Origin: Paragordius varius
Lineage: Eukaryota; Animalia; Nematomorpha
Assembly: GCA_964247055.1 (NCBI GenBank)
Contig: OZ176053.1
Coordinates: 11,470,001 to 11,534,000 of the forward strand
Reading direction: 5' to 3'
DNA: 64,000 bases
Shown: in pieces, positions 13,293 to 25,709 of the stretch
Layout: each line of letters begins with the position of its first letter
How positions within the stretch are numbered: position 1 is the stretch's first letter
The notes under the pieces: model-generated
Told to the model about the DNA's origin: nothing
Database searches by the model: none
What the model saw: the letters and a program-made list of their open reading frames with translations, nothing else
Made by a program: the position numbers and the translations under genes

Positions 13293-15421
13293 TACGCGCC
13301 TAACTTGGGCCCAACAATTTTGGCATAAACTCACTATTTTGGAAAATTAGAATTTTTCTGGGAAGAAGTGGGGCGTGGAAAATGAGTCCATACTATATCC
13401 TAAAAAATCTAACTTTATATTTTGAAAACTCGAAAACCGGTTATTCATATGAGAGTTTACTAAAAATCATCTTGTAGTAAACACGGTGTGTGTGGACTGC
13501 TTATTATTTCCAATCCAATATTTATACTGCTTATTGATGCTTCTATAAGCAAGCTATTATTATCATCATTATAGTCAAAAATATATATGTAATTAAAAAA
13601 TTGATCTTCACAAGCTCTACAAAAATAATCAGAAAGAAAAGATCCCTCTAGTATTGTCTAATAATATTTATCTAAATCTTACCTAATACAAATGGCAGTC
13701 TTATCATAAAAAATATTCAAAATGATCTCTTTCTTTTTCTCCATATTTTCTTCGTCAATGATTGCTATATTTTCGAACGTAAGATAAAAATTAAGAATTA
13801 CATTGAATCTATATAAATATGCGCTTTAGATCACCTCTTTTTACGCGCTATATGTGTTTTCAATATAATCATTTTTTATAATTAAATCATTTTTTCTTCG
13901 AGTTTAGATTAAAACGAATAAAATGAAAAAAATATGTATGGTTGTTATAGACACGTTTTGTCGTATTCACCAATATTTAATTTGTATTCCTATTCCTACT
14001 ATACTGTACACAGCGCATTTATGGCATTGAGGTTTCTTCGAAAAATGATTTGACAATTTTTCTATTATCATTATGTTTGGACACACACTTTACAATACAA
14101 CATTACACAAATAATATATTATGTATTTTTCATGGCATGTTGCAAAATTTTATATAGATGGCCCTTTCAACACTGCATCAATTTTTTAGTTTTTCTCTTT
14201 TATTTTTTTCTAAAATATACACATTCATGTACGGTATTTTTGTTGTTGTGTGGTTAATAACTATTGATACTTGGATATTTTAGCTTTTCAAAAAAAAGTG
14301 TTTTGAAAAGAGTATATTGAGGTAAAAAACTCATAAAAGTCCGAGAAATTTAAAAAATGTCGACAAAACTCTTGCATATGACTGTATAAGTTTGTATGCG
14401 TTTCCATCTATATGTATTACCATAATCATATATTATTAAAGAAAAATTAAAAAGAGACCAATTCGAATTTAACCGTAAGCCCACACGTTTTCAGTCTTTT
14501 AATTTCTTTCTTTTTTTTCGTTTCAAAAGCGTGAATTGGCAATCGAATCACCCTCTATATGACTAGCCACCCAAATCCCCGCATTACTCTTGTATTCATT
14601 CGGTCCATAAAATATTTTACATTTTCTTTAATTTTTTCAAAAATATTTTTTTGTCTGTTAAAATTGAAAAACATTTGAGCCAAAAGCACTGTATAAAAAT
14701 CAGTTACTTGTGTGGTATTTTATTAAGTTAAATTTAACAACTAAATAAATAATTTTGGGGAGGAAGGAAATGAAAATTTTATAATTAACCATACCATAAT
14801 AATATCGTATTAAACTTTATATTTGCAATATTGTATAAACCCGTTCTTGTCCCTTTATCTGCCCATTGTACCTTATTTATTTATATTATTAAAAGCTTTT
14901 ATTGGCCATTTTGTCTATATCTATTACATATTTCAATCAATTGCTTGGTTTAAATCAAAACTGAATATGTAAGTTAATTCAAAGATTATTGAAAAATTGA
15001 TACCGCACTTTTCATTTTTAACTTAATTTAACTGCAAAATTAGTATTGTTTTATTTTATTTGACAATTACTCTCTCTTAATAATTATCCCCAAAGTTGCT
15101 ATAAAAAATTTATTTTTAAATCTGTAAATCTAATTATTCATCAAAAAATATATCATATATTTTGCTTCTTGTATACATTCATAATGTAATTTGTAAAATT
15201 TTTATTTTAATCACTTGTATGTATATCGATTGAGTTATCTATCTATCCCACCTTGTGTATTGTTCATTATATACGTATTTCCATATATACATAATATATT
15301 TTATTTTACAAGATGTTAATATATTCTCCTAAATATTTTCAATAAATTAAATTTTAAATGATCCATCATGAATGATTACATTGTTTATATGTAGTAGTTA
15401 TTACGAGTAATACGATACTTT

Positions 15422-15560
15422 TTAAATTTTCTGCCCAGCGTATTTAGCAACGTCGGCACTTTCTTTACCTTTCACTTTACCCGTTATACGATGATATTCT
15501 AAATTTTTGGCCCTAACAGTGTGTCCAAAGAACGATAACTTTAGTTTGAGGCAATGTTTG
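15422..15560 (-). pseudogene. Degenerate 3' fragment of an RTE-clade non-LTR retrotransposon ORF
   Basis: KLKLSFFGHTVRAKNLEYHRITGKVKGK, then after a frameshift RKCRRC*IRWAENLK. This resembles the RTE C-terminal pattern KLxYFGHIxR..LEK.I..GKxEGKRxRGRPRxRWxD. Confidence 0.7.
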
Positions 15561-17458
15561 AACCGTTGTGGGATTCGTTTTTTTTCAGAACTCTCGAATT
15601 TTTTATTTTGTGTCGCCATGTTATCTCTTAAAAAACCTTGAAATCGGAATAAATTTTTTTATACCCCTTCAAATTTTATCACTGTGTTACATCATACAAA
15701 AGAGAATTGTAAATGACAAATAATTTAAGGTCGTGAACAACATAATAATGACCTAGCTATAGATTTTTATCTATGAGAAAACACTTTGAGAAGAAAAATT
15801 AAGGTTTGAAAATACACTTTTTAGCAAACTGGGTAAAAACCGTTTCCTGATAAATTTGAGGAACCGGACGATTCATATGGTTCCGGTTCCTACCCCTGAT
15901 TTTTACTCTTACCGTTGCTAAATTTTTTATAAAATATGGTTAAAAATGGGTAAAATTACCAATTATATTATATATATATAATCTGTAGTTTTCTAGCTAT
16001 TTTTTTAAAAATTGATTAAATATATTAGGGGTGCACATATAAAACGATAGGGTATCACATTAATTCAAAAACTTGAATATACGGCTAAACGATTTTGATA
16101 CTATTGCAAATGTCATTTGTTCCTGGCATACTAACGTTTCCGACACCTTCCGAATGCTTTGATAGAACTCTAAGTTAACCTAGAAAAATGATTTAATTCA
16201 TATAAACCCAGCATCTCTATGCCAGAGGTATTGCATATGTTATAAGCACTCTTTCTAACAAAATACTTATAATACATTTACCAATTTCTCTATAAAAAAT
16301 ATTTTTCAAAAAATTTTGTTTTTATTACTATACTGACGTTATTAGTCATCTGGGCGGCCGTGTGTTCGAACGCTCTGCCGATAAATTTCAATTCTATATT
16401 TGTATTAAAAAAGTATTTGGAATGTACTCACCACGTTAACCTTCTGGAACAGGGGTGCCCAACAAACATAGATTATAGCAGAATTTTTGTCTCATGAAAT
16501 CCGGCGGACTAGTATTTAAGCACATGGGCATTAATAAATAATTATTTATAAAGTTCAAAATTTATTTTTTTAACAAATGTGCAAACACAAAATATATTTA
16601 AAATAGTGATAATAATTTCGTTGCCACAATTTAGGAGGTCGCACCTTTTTGTTTTTGTGTAAACGCCGACATATTTTTAGTTAAACCAACCCAAGTTTAC
16701 TATCCGATACAAAATCGAAAATCTTTTATTATTAAAAGAAAACGAACTTATAATTTATTTAGTTTTTTTCACTTTTGGTATTTTAAATTTAAATGGCTCC
16801 AAAACACGATTGAAATGAACAGCTGATATTATAAACCATAGATATCAATGCTTGTAAATTGTAATTTGAAGCTTTCAATTACATTTATTTGTCTTCTTGC
16901 TTTTAAATATCTAAGGAAAAAATGGCAAAAATGTTTAAATTGATTTTTTTAAAATTTTACATGAATTTTTTTTGTATCATGTGCCTTAAAGGCTGAGAGC
17001 ATATTTTTAAATTCGCCCAATGCTAAAATTTTTTAAATACTTAAATTTCATAATCTAGGGGTAAAACTACCCCTAAAAGGTCATGATTGTCATAACAAAC
17101 AGTAAGATATAAGAAATTAAAAGTTTTTAAATACATCCTTCAACTTAGATATTACAAATATATTTGAGTTGATATCATTTTGTAATTACCATTAAGAAGA
17201 AAACAATATTTTTTTCATAATTATTTTCAACTAAAGGCAGATAATATGTGAACATATTTAATCATTAATAATTGGTATACTTTCCGGCTTATTAGCTTCA
17301 TCAGTACATCTCTTTTTTTAAATTATTTCTTTTCCGTTTAAGCCATTTCTCTTTATATTTAGCTAGACAAATGTTGGTCAGATTGAATTCGTTAAATTAA
17401 ATAATTATCATAAATTTCTGTGTCTATTACTATGTCTCAACAATATAGTATTATTTAA

Positions 17459-17989
17459 CACTTCGATTCACATTGGGGTATCTCAATACCCCAGACTAAA
17501 TTCATATTAATATTTTTAAAAAACTACTGGAGGAAACGGTCTCAATTTAAATTTATGCTTCTATCCTATAAAAATTATATAAATAAGCCAAAATATCTAA
17601 AAAAATTTGAAAAAAGTTCTATGTCGGACTACTTTGACGCCATTATTTTGCAAAATTTTTCCAAAATATGTGTTCATTTGTAAAAATTAAAGCTATTTTT
17701 TTATTTAAATTACATCTCAATTGGTAGAAATGGAAAAAGTGGTTTATTTTGCATTATTTTTCAATTAATGCACACATGTTACGTTGACTAAATTTTTGCC
17801 TTTCGGTTTCACATTAAAATAAGTAATATCAAGTATTTTTGAATAAATTTTTTTGTGTTATATTAGTGCAAAATTTTGCCATGGTTTTGATTCCTCCCTA
17901 TTTTTTAAAGTATTTAATAAACAGGCCTGGGGTATTTAACTACCCCATTTTGAATCGAAGGACTGAAATGAATGTGTTGTATCCAAGTG
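17459..17989. mobile_element. piggyBac-like MITE family P1, intact copy
   Basis: TTAA|CACTT...AAGTG|TTAA. The bipartite asymmetric ends have the internal IR cgattca..tggggta abutting the left end but ~25 bp inside the right end, as in piggyBac. Confidence 0.8.
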
Positions 17990-18994
17990 TTAATCTCGAA
18001 ACATGACTTTTATAAAAATAATAATATTTTTCACTAAAAACCAAGAATGTAATAATAATGGCAATGCCCTGTCACGCGATGCTGAAACTTAGTCGAAAGG
18101 ATCTATTAAATCATTTCCAAATATAATAATATTTAAATGGAGCCATTCGTCTTCTCGGATTTTTGCATAATCACGATTTTTATGTCGAGTAAGCTTTTTT
18201 CCACGCTTTAAAAAAAGATTTGTTGGGACTTGGTTTACCAAAACTGCTAATACAAGCTTAGGGCTAAACTTAGGTACTCATTCCGAAAATGGCTCTACGC
18301 ATTCATAAACGTATTAAAGTATTCATTATTTTAATGACATGTGTCCCGGAAAATTAGAATAAAACAATTTTTATATGGATGTCAAGGGGTTTCGGAAAAA
18401 AATCTTTCTTATGTATGACGATAATTCTCGACAATGATACATGAGACATTTATTTTTTTGTTACCGCGCCTATTTCCGTTCTCAAAGCGCCGATCATAAT
18501 AAAATTATTATTTTAAATTTTCTGTTTAAAAAGAATCAACTCCTATATAAAGCTTTCCAGAAAATTTACCTCCTAAAAAGCGTTTAAAATATTATATCAG
18601 ATACCTAGGACCATTTATGAACACTTCGCATACGTTTCCTCAAAAATGCATTATCCTAAGTTTTTGTAATGGAAGGGTAGATCTCGAACTTAATTCTCTA
18701 AAACTAACTTTATATCTTGTTTTAGAGTACCTATTTAATAAATAGATGGTTTAAAATTGACCAAAAAGTCGAATATTTCTTAATTTAGGCTATTTCGTAA
18801 AACAGAACCCCCTTTGTACTTAATAGTATACATTTTGTAATTTAATACCAAGATCTTACATAATTTCGCGTTTAAAGTGTAAAATAAAAACTAATGGGTT
18901 TTTCTTAACAACGAAAATTATTAACTTGGTTACCCCAGAATCGAATGTGTCTTTCAAAAAAATGTTAAATTAAAAATAATTTATTTAAAATATA

Positions 18995-19606
18995 TTATAT
19001 AATACAAGAACATTGATTTGTTTTCCGGGCAGTTTTATAGAAAGCTTTACTATCCATACTTAATTGATCAGATTTTTGTACAAGGTCATCTAATTTTTCC
19101 CCACGTTGTAGAACAGATTCGATGGTACTGTGCAATATTATTTTAGTTTCATCCAAATCATTTTCCAATCTTGTCAAAGGATCCGCCTCTTTGGGATTTT
19201 GATATTGAGTTAAAATATTTGTAAGGTATGGATCTATTGTGGGTTTTTGTTGATTCAAAGACGAATTAATAATTTCATTGGAATATTTGTCAATCAACTT
19301 GGTCAAAAGGGTTTGAGCAACTCGTTTAGGATACTCCTGATCTGAGAATATGATTGCTCCAAGTTTGTTATCAGAACGGGTATAAACATGACATAAATAC
19401 TCATTTTGAGTTATGGTGCTTCTTGTGCCTGCATCCGTCCTTGTAACAAGCAATTCAGCGGTAAATTTCATAAATTCTTCTACACCACGTTTTTGGAAGT
19501 AACCAAAAGATGACACATCCACACTGTATTTAATTATATTAGCCTTTTTATCGTCTCTATTCGCGAATTCATCTTTGACAACAATAAAAATACCATATAA
19601 TTTCAT
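18995..19606 (-). CDS. YKT6: Synaptobrevin homolog YKT6 (longin R-SNARE), 203 aa, single coding exon
   Basis: Uninterrupted ORF with the longin N-terminus (DVSSFGYFQ, YLCHVY, DQEYPKRVA) and the SNARE motif YQNPKEADPL..LDETKIILHSTIESVLQRGEKLDDLV..SKAFYKTARK. It ends CSCII. Confidence 0.98.
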   Translation of the reverse strand: MKLYGIFIVVKDEFANRDDKKANIIKYSVDVSSFGYFQKRGVEEFMKFTAELLVTRTDAGTRSTITQNEYLCHVYTRSDNKLGAIIFSDQEYPKRVAQTLLTKLIDKYSNEIINSSLNQQKPTIDPYLTNILTQYQNPKEADPLTRLENDLDETKIILHSTIESVLQRGEKLDDLVQKSDQLSMDSKAFYKTARKTNQCSCII

Positions 19607-19669
19607 TACGCGTTTTAATAATTAATTCATGCATAAACACAGCATCTCAAAATTTAAATTTTATAGAAG
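19607..19669. promoter_or_regulatory. 63-bp interval between the divergent YKT6 and INTS15 start codons (candidate bidirectional promoter or overlapping 5' UTRs)
   Basis: YKT6 ATG at 19606 (-) and INTS15 ATG at 19670 (+) are head to head. No transcription start sites can be assigned from sequence alone. Confidence 0.6.
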
Positions 19670-22600
19670 ATGAGCGAAATCAATGAAGAATTTTTTAAAA
19701 TAGAAAAATGCGAATTTCCCGATATAGTTGATAAAGCCCTTCATCTTTTTAACGAATACTCTGTGACTATTAATAAGTTTATATTCGATGCTAAAGTAAA
19801 ATCCCCGCAAAAGAAAAAAATTGATAAAAATGATCTTGATTTAGCCTATATTAAAAGAATTCTGTTCTGTATAAAGAATGATAAAATGACAGTTTATATA
19901 TTTATTATTTATATTTTAGATGTTATCACCATTACAAGAGTTTGAATTAGTCGAACGTATATATTCTTTCTTTACTGATAATTGTGGTCCAATCATAGAG
20001 AAAGAACAACTTGAAACTCAATATGCGTCCCACAAAACCTCAGCCAAATATGTCATTCCCAAAAATATATTTATTATATGTCAACAACGATACTTGACCA
20101 TCATTAAATATGATAATGTACAGGTCAAAAACTCGCAGATGCTTTTCGACATTATTTTTGGGAAACGTGGACGTGACCCAAATCATCATGTAAAAGTTTT
20201 GGCTCATATCATTATTATGGCTATTGTGTTTCAAACTAATCAAATATTGTATCACACTTCATTTTGGATACAAGTAAACTTTTTTATCTAATAAATATAT
20301 TATTGAGGGCACATATTAGGGATATTTTACCAAAAAAATTAAATATATTTATTATACAAGAGTAATTTTATTGCCAATTACAGTGTGCATTTTAATGGTT
20401 GCTTATTTCACACTGTAGCTGGGCAATTCGCAACACATTAGGATATCGAAAAAACAATAAAATGGTGAATAAACAACTATTTCCTTTTATTTTCCATGCT
20501 GTTGATATTGCCCTACTATAGTGTGAAATAAGCAACCAAATTCATACTGTATTTATATGTAATACAAAAAAGCTTTTCGGAAAAGTATGTCATATAACAG
20601 CTGATTTAAATATATATATATATATATATATATATTGTCATCTATATTCAAAAATTTTATGTTTCATGAGAAAATATTTTACATTTTTTAAATAATATGT
20701 GTTTTAAGGTACATATATTGCATATTTTTAATAAATCCCAAAATATTTTTTTTTAATTATGCAAATTTAAATCAATAAGGGGTTGTCTGTATCTTTGCGA
20801 AAATTAATGATGTCTAAATTTATAGTTTTAAATAATATAATGCTTATGACTAATATATATATATATTTAAAAAAAATTTGCATAGAAAAGTTTGGCAAAT
20901 TCCGAAGTTTTGAACATTATTCTACAAAAGTTGATTGAAGAATTCATAGTTTATCAAAATGGGTTTCCTGATCGCTTAATATCTATCATCCATTTGTGTC
21001 CCATGTTTTGTTATCATTTTATCGGGCAATTAGTCTTTTATGCTTTTGTAACATGTAAAATTTATTCCTTATATTTTATATTTATAGAATTGTCTACAGG
21101 TTGGAAAAAATATTTTTCGGATAAAAATATAGATTAAAATTTCAAAATTTAAACGAAAAAGTAATGCATTTCGGTTTTATTATGACATTTTTTAAATTTA
21201 GTAGATCTAATAATTTATGGCTTGTTTGAATTTAAAATAAGTTTTATTAACTTTGAGAATTATAGAGTATATATAAGTGTTTTTGATAATATTACTTTAT
21301 CCAGGTTTATTATCTAATCATCTTGATTCCAAAAATTTAAACAAAAAATTGATTTTCGCTGCTTAGCCAACTTCTGCATATTTATATTTTTACCATATCA
21401 TATAAATTACTTAAAATTATTCAATCATTACCGAAATATATAGTTAAGCAATATTACACAGAACAAAAACCGGCACATTTATTGCGAATCCTAGAAGTCT
21501 TAAATCAATGGTTGGAAATTTATCCTGAATTGATAATGCCACAATTCTTGATTCCTAAACCACTATCAAACAGTGAAAAAGATAGGTGGACATTAAAATA
21601 TATTGTAAAAAATAAATAATGTTAAAAGATTTAGAATGTTGCGTTTTTGACTTAGCAATAAACAAATTTAGTAAAAAGTTATTTATAATTTTTTTGTTAT
21701 CATATAAATTAATTTATCTCCTACTTACAATTTCCACGAATTCCAAATTATAAAACTGTCTGACAATTAAGTATATTAAGATTTTTTATATTATTTCATT
21801 ATTTATAGTGTATATTTTTGTTTTTAGAGATTTTCATATTGTAAAGTATGTGTTTATAAAAACCATATAATAAATATTAACGCATTAAAAAATCAAACAC
21901 TAAAAACTAACCATACTTGATTCTGTAGTTTCAGCCGAGATTTTATCCCTTTTTAGGGTGTGTTAAATTTTAATGGAATTATTTAAAAATAAGTTTTTAC
22001 TTTCATAGACAACTGTACAAATCTGTGGCAAAACGTGTATCTTTACCCAATCAAAATCCTTTGCTCATTACAATATGGTGGATGTGTCAAATCAAATTTG
22101 GTTTAAATTTAACGGACATGAGATTGAGAGAAAGTAATTTTTAAAGTTATTTAGTAAGAAAGAATTTATTTAGTTAAATAATTCAATATTTTTTGAAGAG
22201 TATGTCAATATGGCCCGTGTTGAATTTGTTTAATTATTAATTAATAAAATATTAAACCTGGATAAATTTAAAATATAAAACGTTTGTATGATAAAGCCCT
22301 TTAATTTATAGAATTTATAGTTTTGTATCTTACTTTGTATTCCTAATTTAGAATTCCAGCATATGTGTAATACATTTTATTATAAATTTTCTTATTATTT
22401 CCAATATAGGTGTATCTCGGCTCCATTTAAACATTTGCAAAAGTTTATCGAATGTAGCCTTACACACTGATCCAGCTTTTTTCCATAGATTACTTGAACC
22501 ATTCAACATTATTTCTGAAAATAAAAAGGTTTCGAACCTATATATAATATTATAATATCATTATATTAATATAATATTTACAAGCATTATTACCATTTAA

Positions 22601-25252
22601 ACTTTATGTTCAGCCTTGAGCAATTTAAATTCCCCCTTACGAAGGGTTTCACATATCGTTTATAATTTCTATTGATAGTTTCATTCTATTTAATTATCCT
22701 TTATCGTTATATTACGGATTTTAACAACCGTTATTACAAAACATAATTAATCCGTTAATTACCATTACAATGATGAGTTATATTAGCCCTAAAACATAAT
22801 TTATTTAGGTGAATTTGAATTGTTCAAGGGTGAATTTGAATTATTCAAGTGAATGTGAATTTTAAATAATATATATTATAGGATCCTTATGATTTGTTGG
22901 GCAACTTGGACGTTTTAGCTAATACGGACGAATTAAAAGGTTTAAATAAAATAATACAAATCAGTTAACAATTACAGTTTCTTACAAAATCAAAATGTAA
23001 AAACTTATTTTTGTGATTGATACCTGTAAGCGCAATTCATTGAAAAATAAGGGCCAATACGAGATAAAACATATTTTTTTCCAGCCGTTTAATTAAGTAA
23101 GTAAAAAAATACTTATTCAGTATACATGACTACGTACCAATAAATTAAGGATTTTGAGTGAATTCGAAGAATAAAAAACTAACAAAAATAACACATTAAA
23201 TATCAATATTTTTTTAAACTTTTGAAATATTTAATATTTAGCAATCTCATAAACGCTTGTTTAACAAATATTTACTAGAAATTTTTTTTCGTTTTGCTCT
23301 TAGATTTATGGGTATGTAAATTACACCAGACAACAAATTTTGACTTTTTTAATTTCAATTCTTGTAAATTCAAAATTTATTTCATTATAGTATATAAATA
23401 GCATATCTGAAAAAAATGGTCCAACACCCAAGAATTTTTCTTTATTAGGATTTATCGAACATTATTGTCTCCGTAAACTCGAAATTTTCAAAACTTAAGT
23501 TTCAGATATAGAGTCAAATATTCTATATCATTCGAGAGAGCCCGAAAGACTGAATCTTTCGAATGGTAGTTAGTCATATAAAACAATCAGTAAAAGTTAT
23601 TTGGCTTTATATAGTCAGAATTTTCAACCCATAAAAAAGTCAAAAATTTTAACAGAAAAACTAATTTAAATATTTAAATTATTTAAATATTATTATTAGG
23701 GTTACATTAGTAAAAAATTTTAAAAAATCTTTGAAAAGCTTTTGGAATGCTTTTTTAATAAAATAAATATCATAATTATTTACCTAGTGGATGCTAAAAT
23801 GCATATCTATTACTGTAAATTTAGTACATATTGGTTATAATTTAAAATAAGCCCTCTAAGGAAAATAATTAATGTTAATTTGGTGGTAATTTGTTAAACA
23901 CAAAAAATATGGCTGTTTTGAATGACATAAAATCAATAAATAAGTGTTTTAATACATAAAACTTTCTTGCGTTATCTTTTTTGGACATCCATTGCCATTT
24001 AGACAAAGTTTGAGCTATTTTCATCCATTAGTTTTAAAAATATATTAATTAAGAAAAACGCTCTTGCTTCGCGCATTTGTCGCTCTTTGTGTCCAATATT
24101 AAACATCGGTGTAAAACATATTAGTGTGCATTATGTACAGTTTTCACTACTCTTTCGAATGATATATTACAAATAAACATTTTTTGTATATTTTACAAGA
24201 AAAACATTATTATATTGATAAAGAGGGCGCATAATCATAAATTTAAATTATACAAAAATCTTAGGTGGAATCATAATTGTTATTTCAGATTTACTGTTAA
24301 AATTAAAAATTGCAAAAAAATCGAGTGGCAGAAAAATTTGTTTTCTAGTGTTATTAACTGTCTAACGGATTTGTCTTTTGCATTTATTACGTTTATATGG
24401 CGTCGTATGTACCCTCATTGTTTTTCAGCATTGACCATATTTCAAAATTTGGGTTAACATTACTATTTTAATGTGATATTTTAGCAAATCCATCAAATAC
24501 CGACCATGAGCTCATAATTGATAAGTTTATGTTAATCATACTTTTGGGTTTGAAAATGAAATGTTTACCCACAAAATACAAAGTTTCACAATCTGAACTA
24601 ACAACTAATAGTTTTGAACAAAATGACAAAAAACTGCAAGAATCCGTTCCCATAAATGATAATATGGAAACGCCAATGCAAACAGATGAGGATATTGCCG
24701 AAGAAGGTTTATAACAGATATAAATAAGGATTAAAATTAGGCACAAGTCTAAACAAAAAAAATTTGTTACGTAAAGTCTACGATGTTTCTTGAGCCTCCA
24801 TTTGAAAACATGTTTCTCTAGATTGAGTTGGGGGTGTTTTTTTACTACGGTGATCGTAAAGGCCCTATAAAAAATTTAATGTTTTATCGTTGTTACTATT
24901 ATATTAATACTATTTATTACCTTCAATTCTAATTTAACACACGCTACATTTTTTGAAATTACTGAATTATTTGCCGTAAATTTATTATTATAAAATTAAA
25001 AGAGATTCTATTTTCATATTTGCATTGTTAGGGGAAGAAAAATCACCAATAAATACGACACAAATGGAAATTGAAAACGATTCAAGCGTCGTCGATAAAA
25101 ACAATGATAGTAATTTAAATAAAGACTCCCCATCTGATAAGTTAATAATAGATGTGGATTGGAACACATATTTCATTCAAAGATATAGAATGCTACATTT
25201 ACCCACAAACAATCAATTTTTCAAAATGTATGAAACTCTAGTCAAAGGCTAA
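19670..25252 (+). CDS. INTS15: Integrator complex subunit 15 (C7orf26 family); exons 19670-19891, 19920-20273, 20886-~21050, ~21444-21585, 22009-22100, 22410-22528, 22882-22939, 24485-24706, 25032-25252
   Basis: Colinear motif matches to remembered human C7orf26: LSPLQEFELVERIYSFF~LNSLQELQLLEIMCNYF; LAHIIIMAIVFQTNQILYHTSFWIQ~LGKLVSMAVAVCRIPVLECAASWLQ; CPMFCYHFI~SPRFCCQFI; LEVLNQWLEIYPELI~LEMIVTWIFEDPRLI; SRLHLNICKSL~SKLHLSVLQVL; DELKANPSN..DKF~DELNPLN..DRL; LPTNNQFFKM~LPHNNLLQL. Phases are consistent except the exon 3/4 junction (21047-21461), which has several possible splice solutions. Confidence 0.85.
20381..20549. mobile_element. Tc1/mariner-type MITE, family T1, copy 2 (INTS15 intron 2)
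   Basis: TA|CAGTGTG...CATACTG|TA, with ~35-bp TIRs containing ggttgcttatttcacact. TA duplication is present on both sides. Confidence 0.8.
22591..22865. mobile_element. MITE family B, degenerate copy (fills most of INTS15 intron 22529-22881)
   Basis: Begins taccattta. The right arm gtgaatttgaattgttcaagggtgaatttgaa is repeated. Shares atgagttatattag with the 34585 copy. Confidence 0.7.
23324..24350. mobile_element. ~1-kb non-autonomous element, family P2 (piggyBac-like ends), INTS15 intron 7
   Basis: Colinear along its length with 32693-33911. Ends CAC(C/T)AGACAAC / TT(G/T)TCTAGTG. Flanks are only TTAA-like (ATTA, TTAT), so the superfamily call is tentative. Confidence 0.65.
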
Positions 25253-25709
25253 TCCAATGTTTGATAAATTATTAAACAATAGAACCAGTATAATGAAACA
25301 ATCAAAATATATAGGCTTTATCCTTGTAAAAAACCCCCAAAACAAATGTATATATACATATTAAAATGATTTATTCATCGTTCATTTTGTAAAAAAACAG
25401 GTAAAATTATGTACACAATTAATATCGAAAAAAAACATGCAGAAAAAAGTTGTCACACACACTAACTATATATATATATATAAGAATTTTGAGAATAAAT
25501 TGGTATACCATAATAAATTTGTTGTTTTTTATACTTTTTGACAATCAAATAAATGCAATTTGATCCAGACAAATTCATGGTTTGGAGTGGAGTGTAAATT
25601 AAATCCTTATGCTATATCAACGATCAAATTTTTTTATCGAGAGATATTTTTGTGAAGTGGACTAGTTAGTATCAACAACAATATAGTGTTTGTCAAGGAA
25701 ATTTAATTT

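Noticed and set aside
18060-18320. Stop-riddled frame with LLGLGLP resembling a LINE GGLG motif
   Set aside because: Too short and degenerate to assign.
23306-23313. AG|atttatgg|GT microexon in INTS15 intron 7
   Set aside because: It would break the phase between 22939 and 24485.
20040-25176. Minus-strand ORFs 20040-20255, 24468-24746 and 24988-25176
   Set aside because: They are antisense shadows of INTS15 exons.
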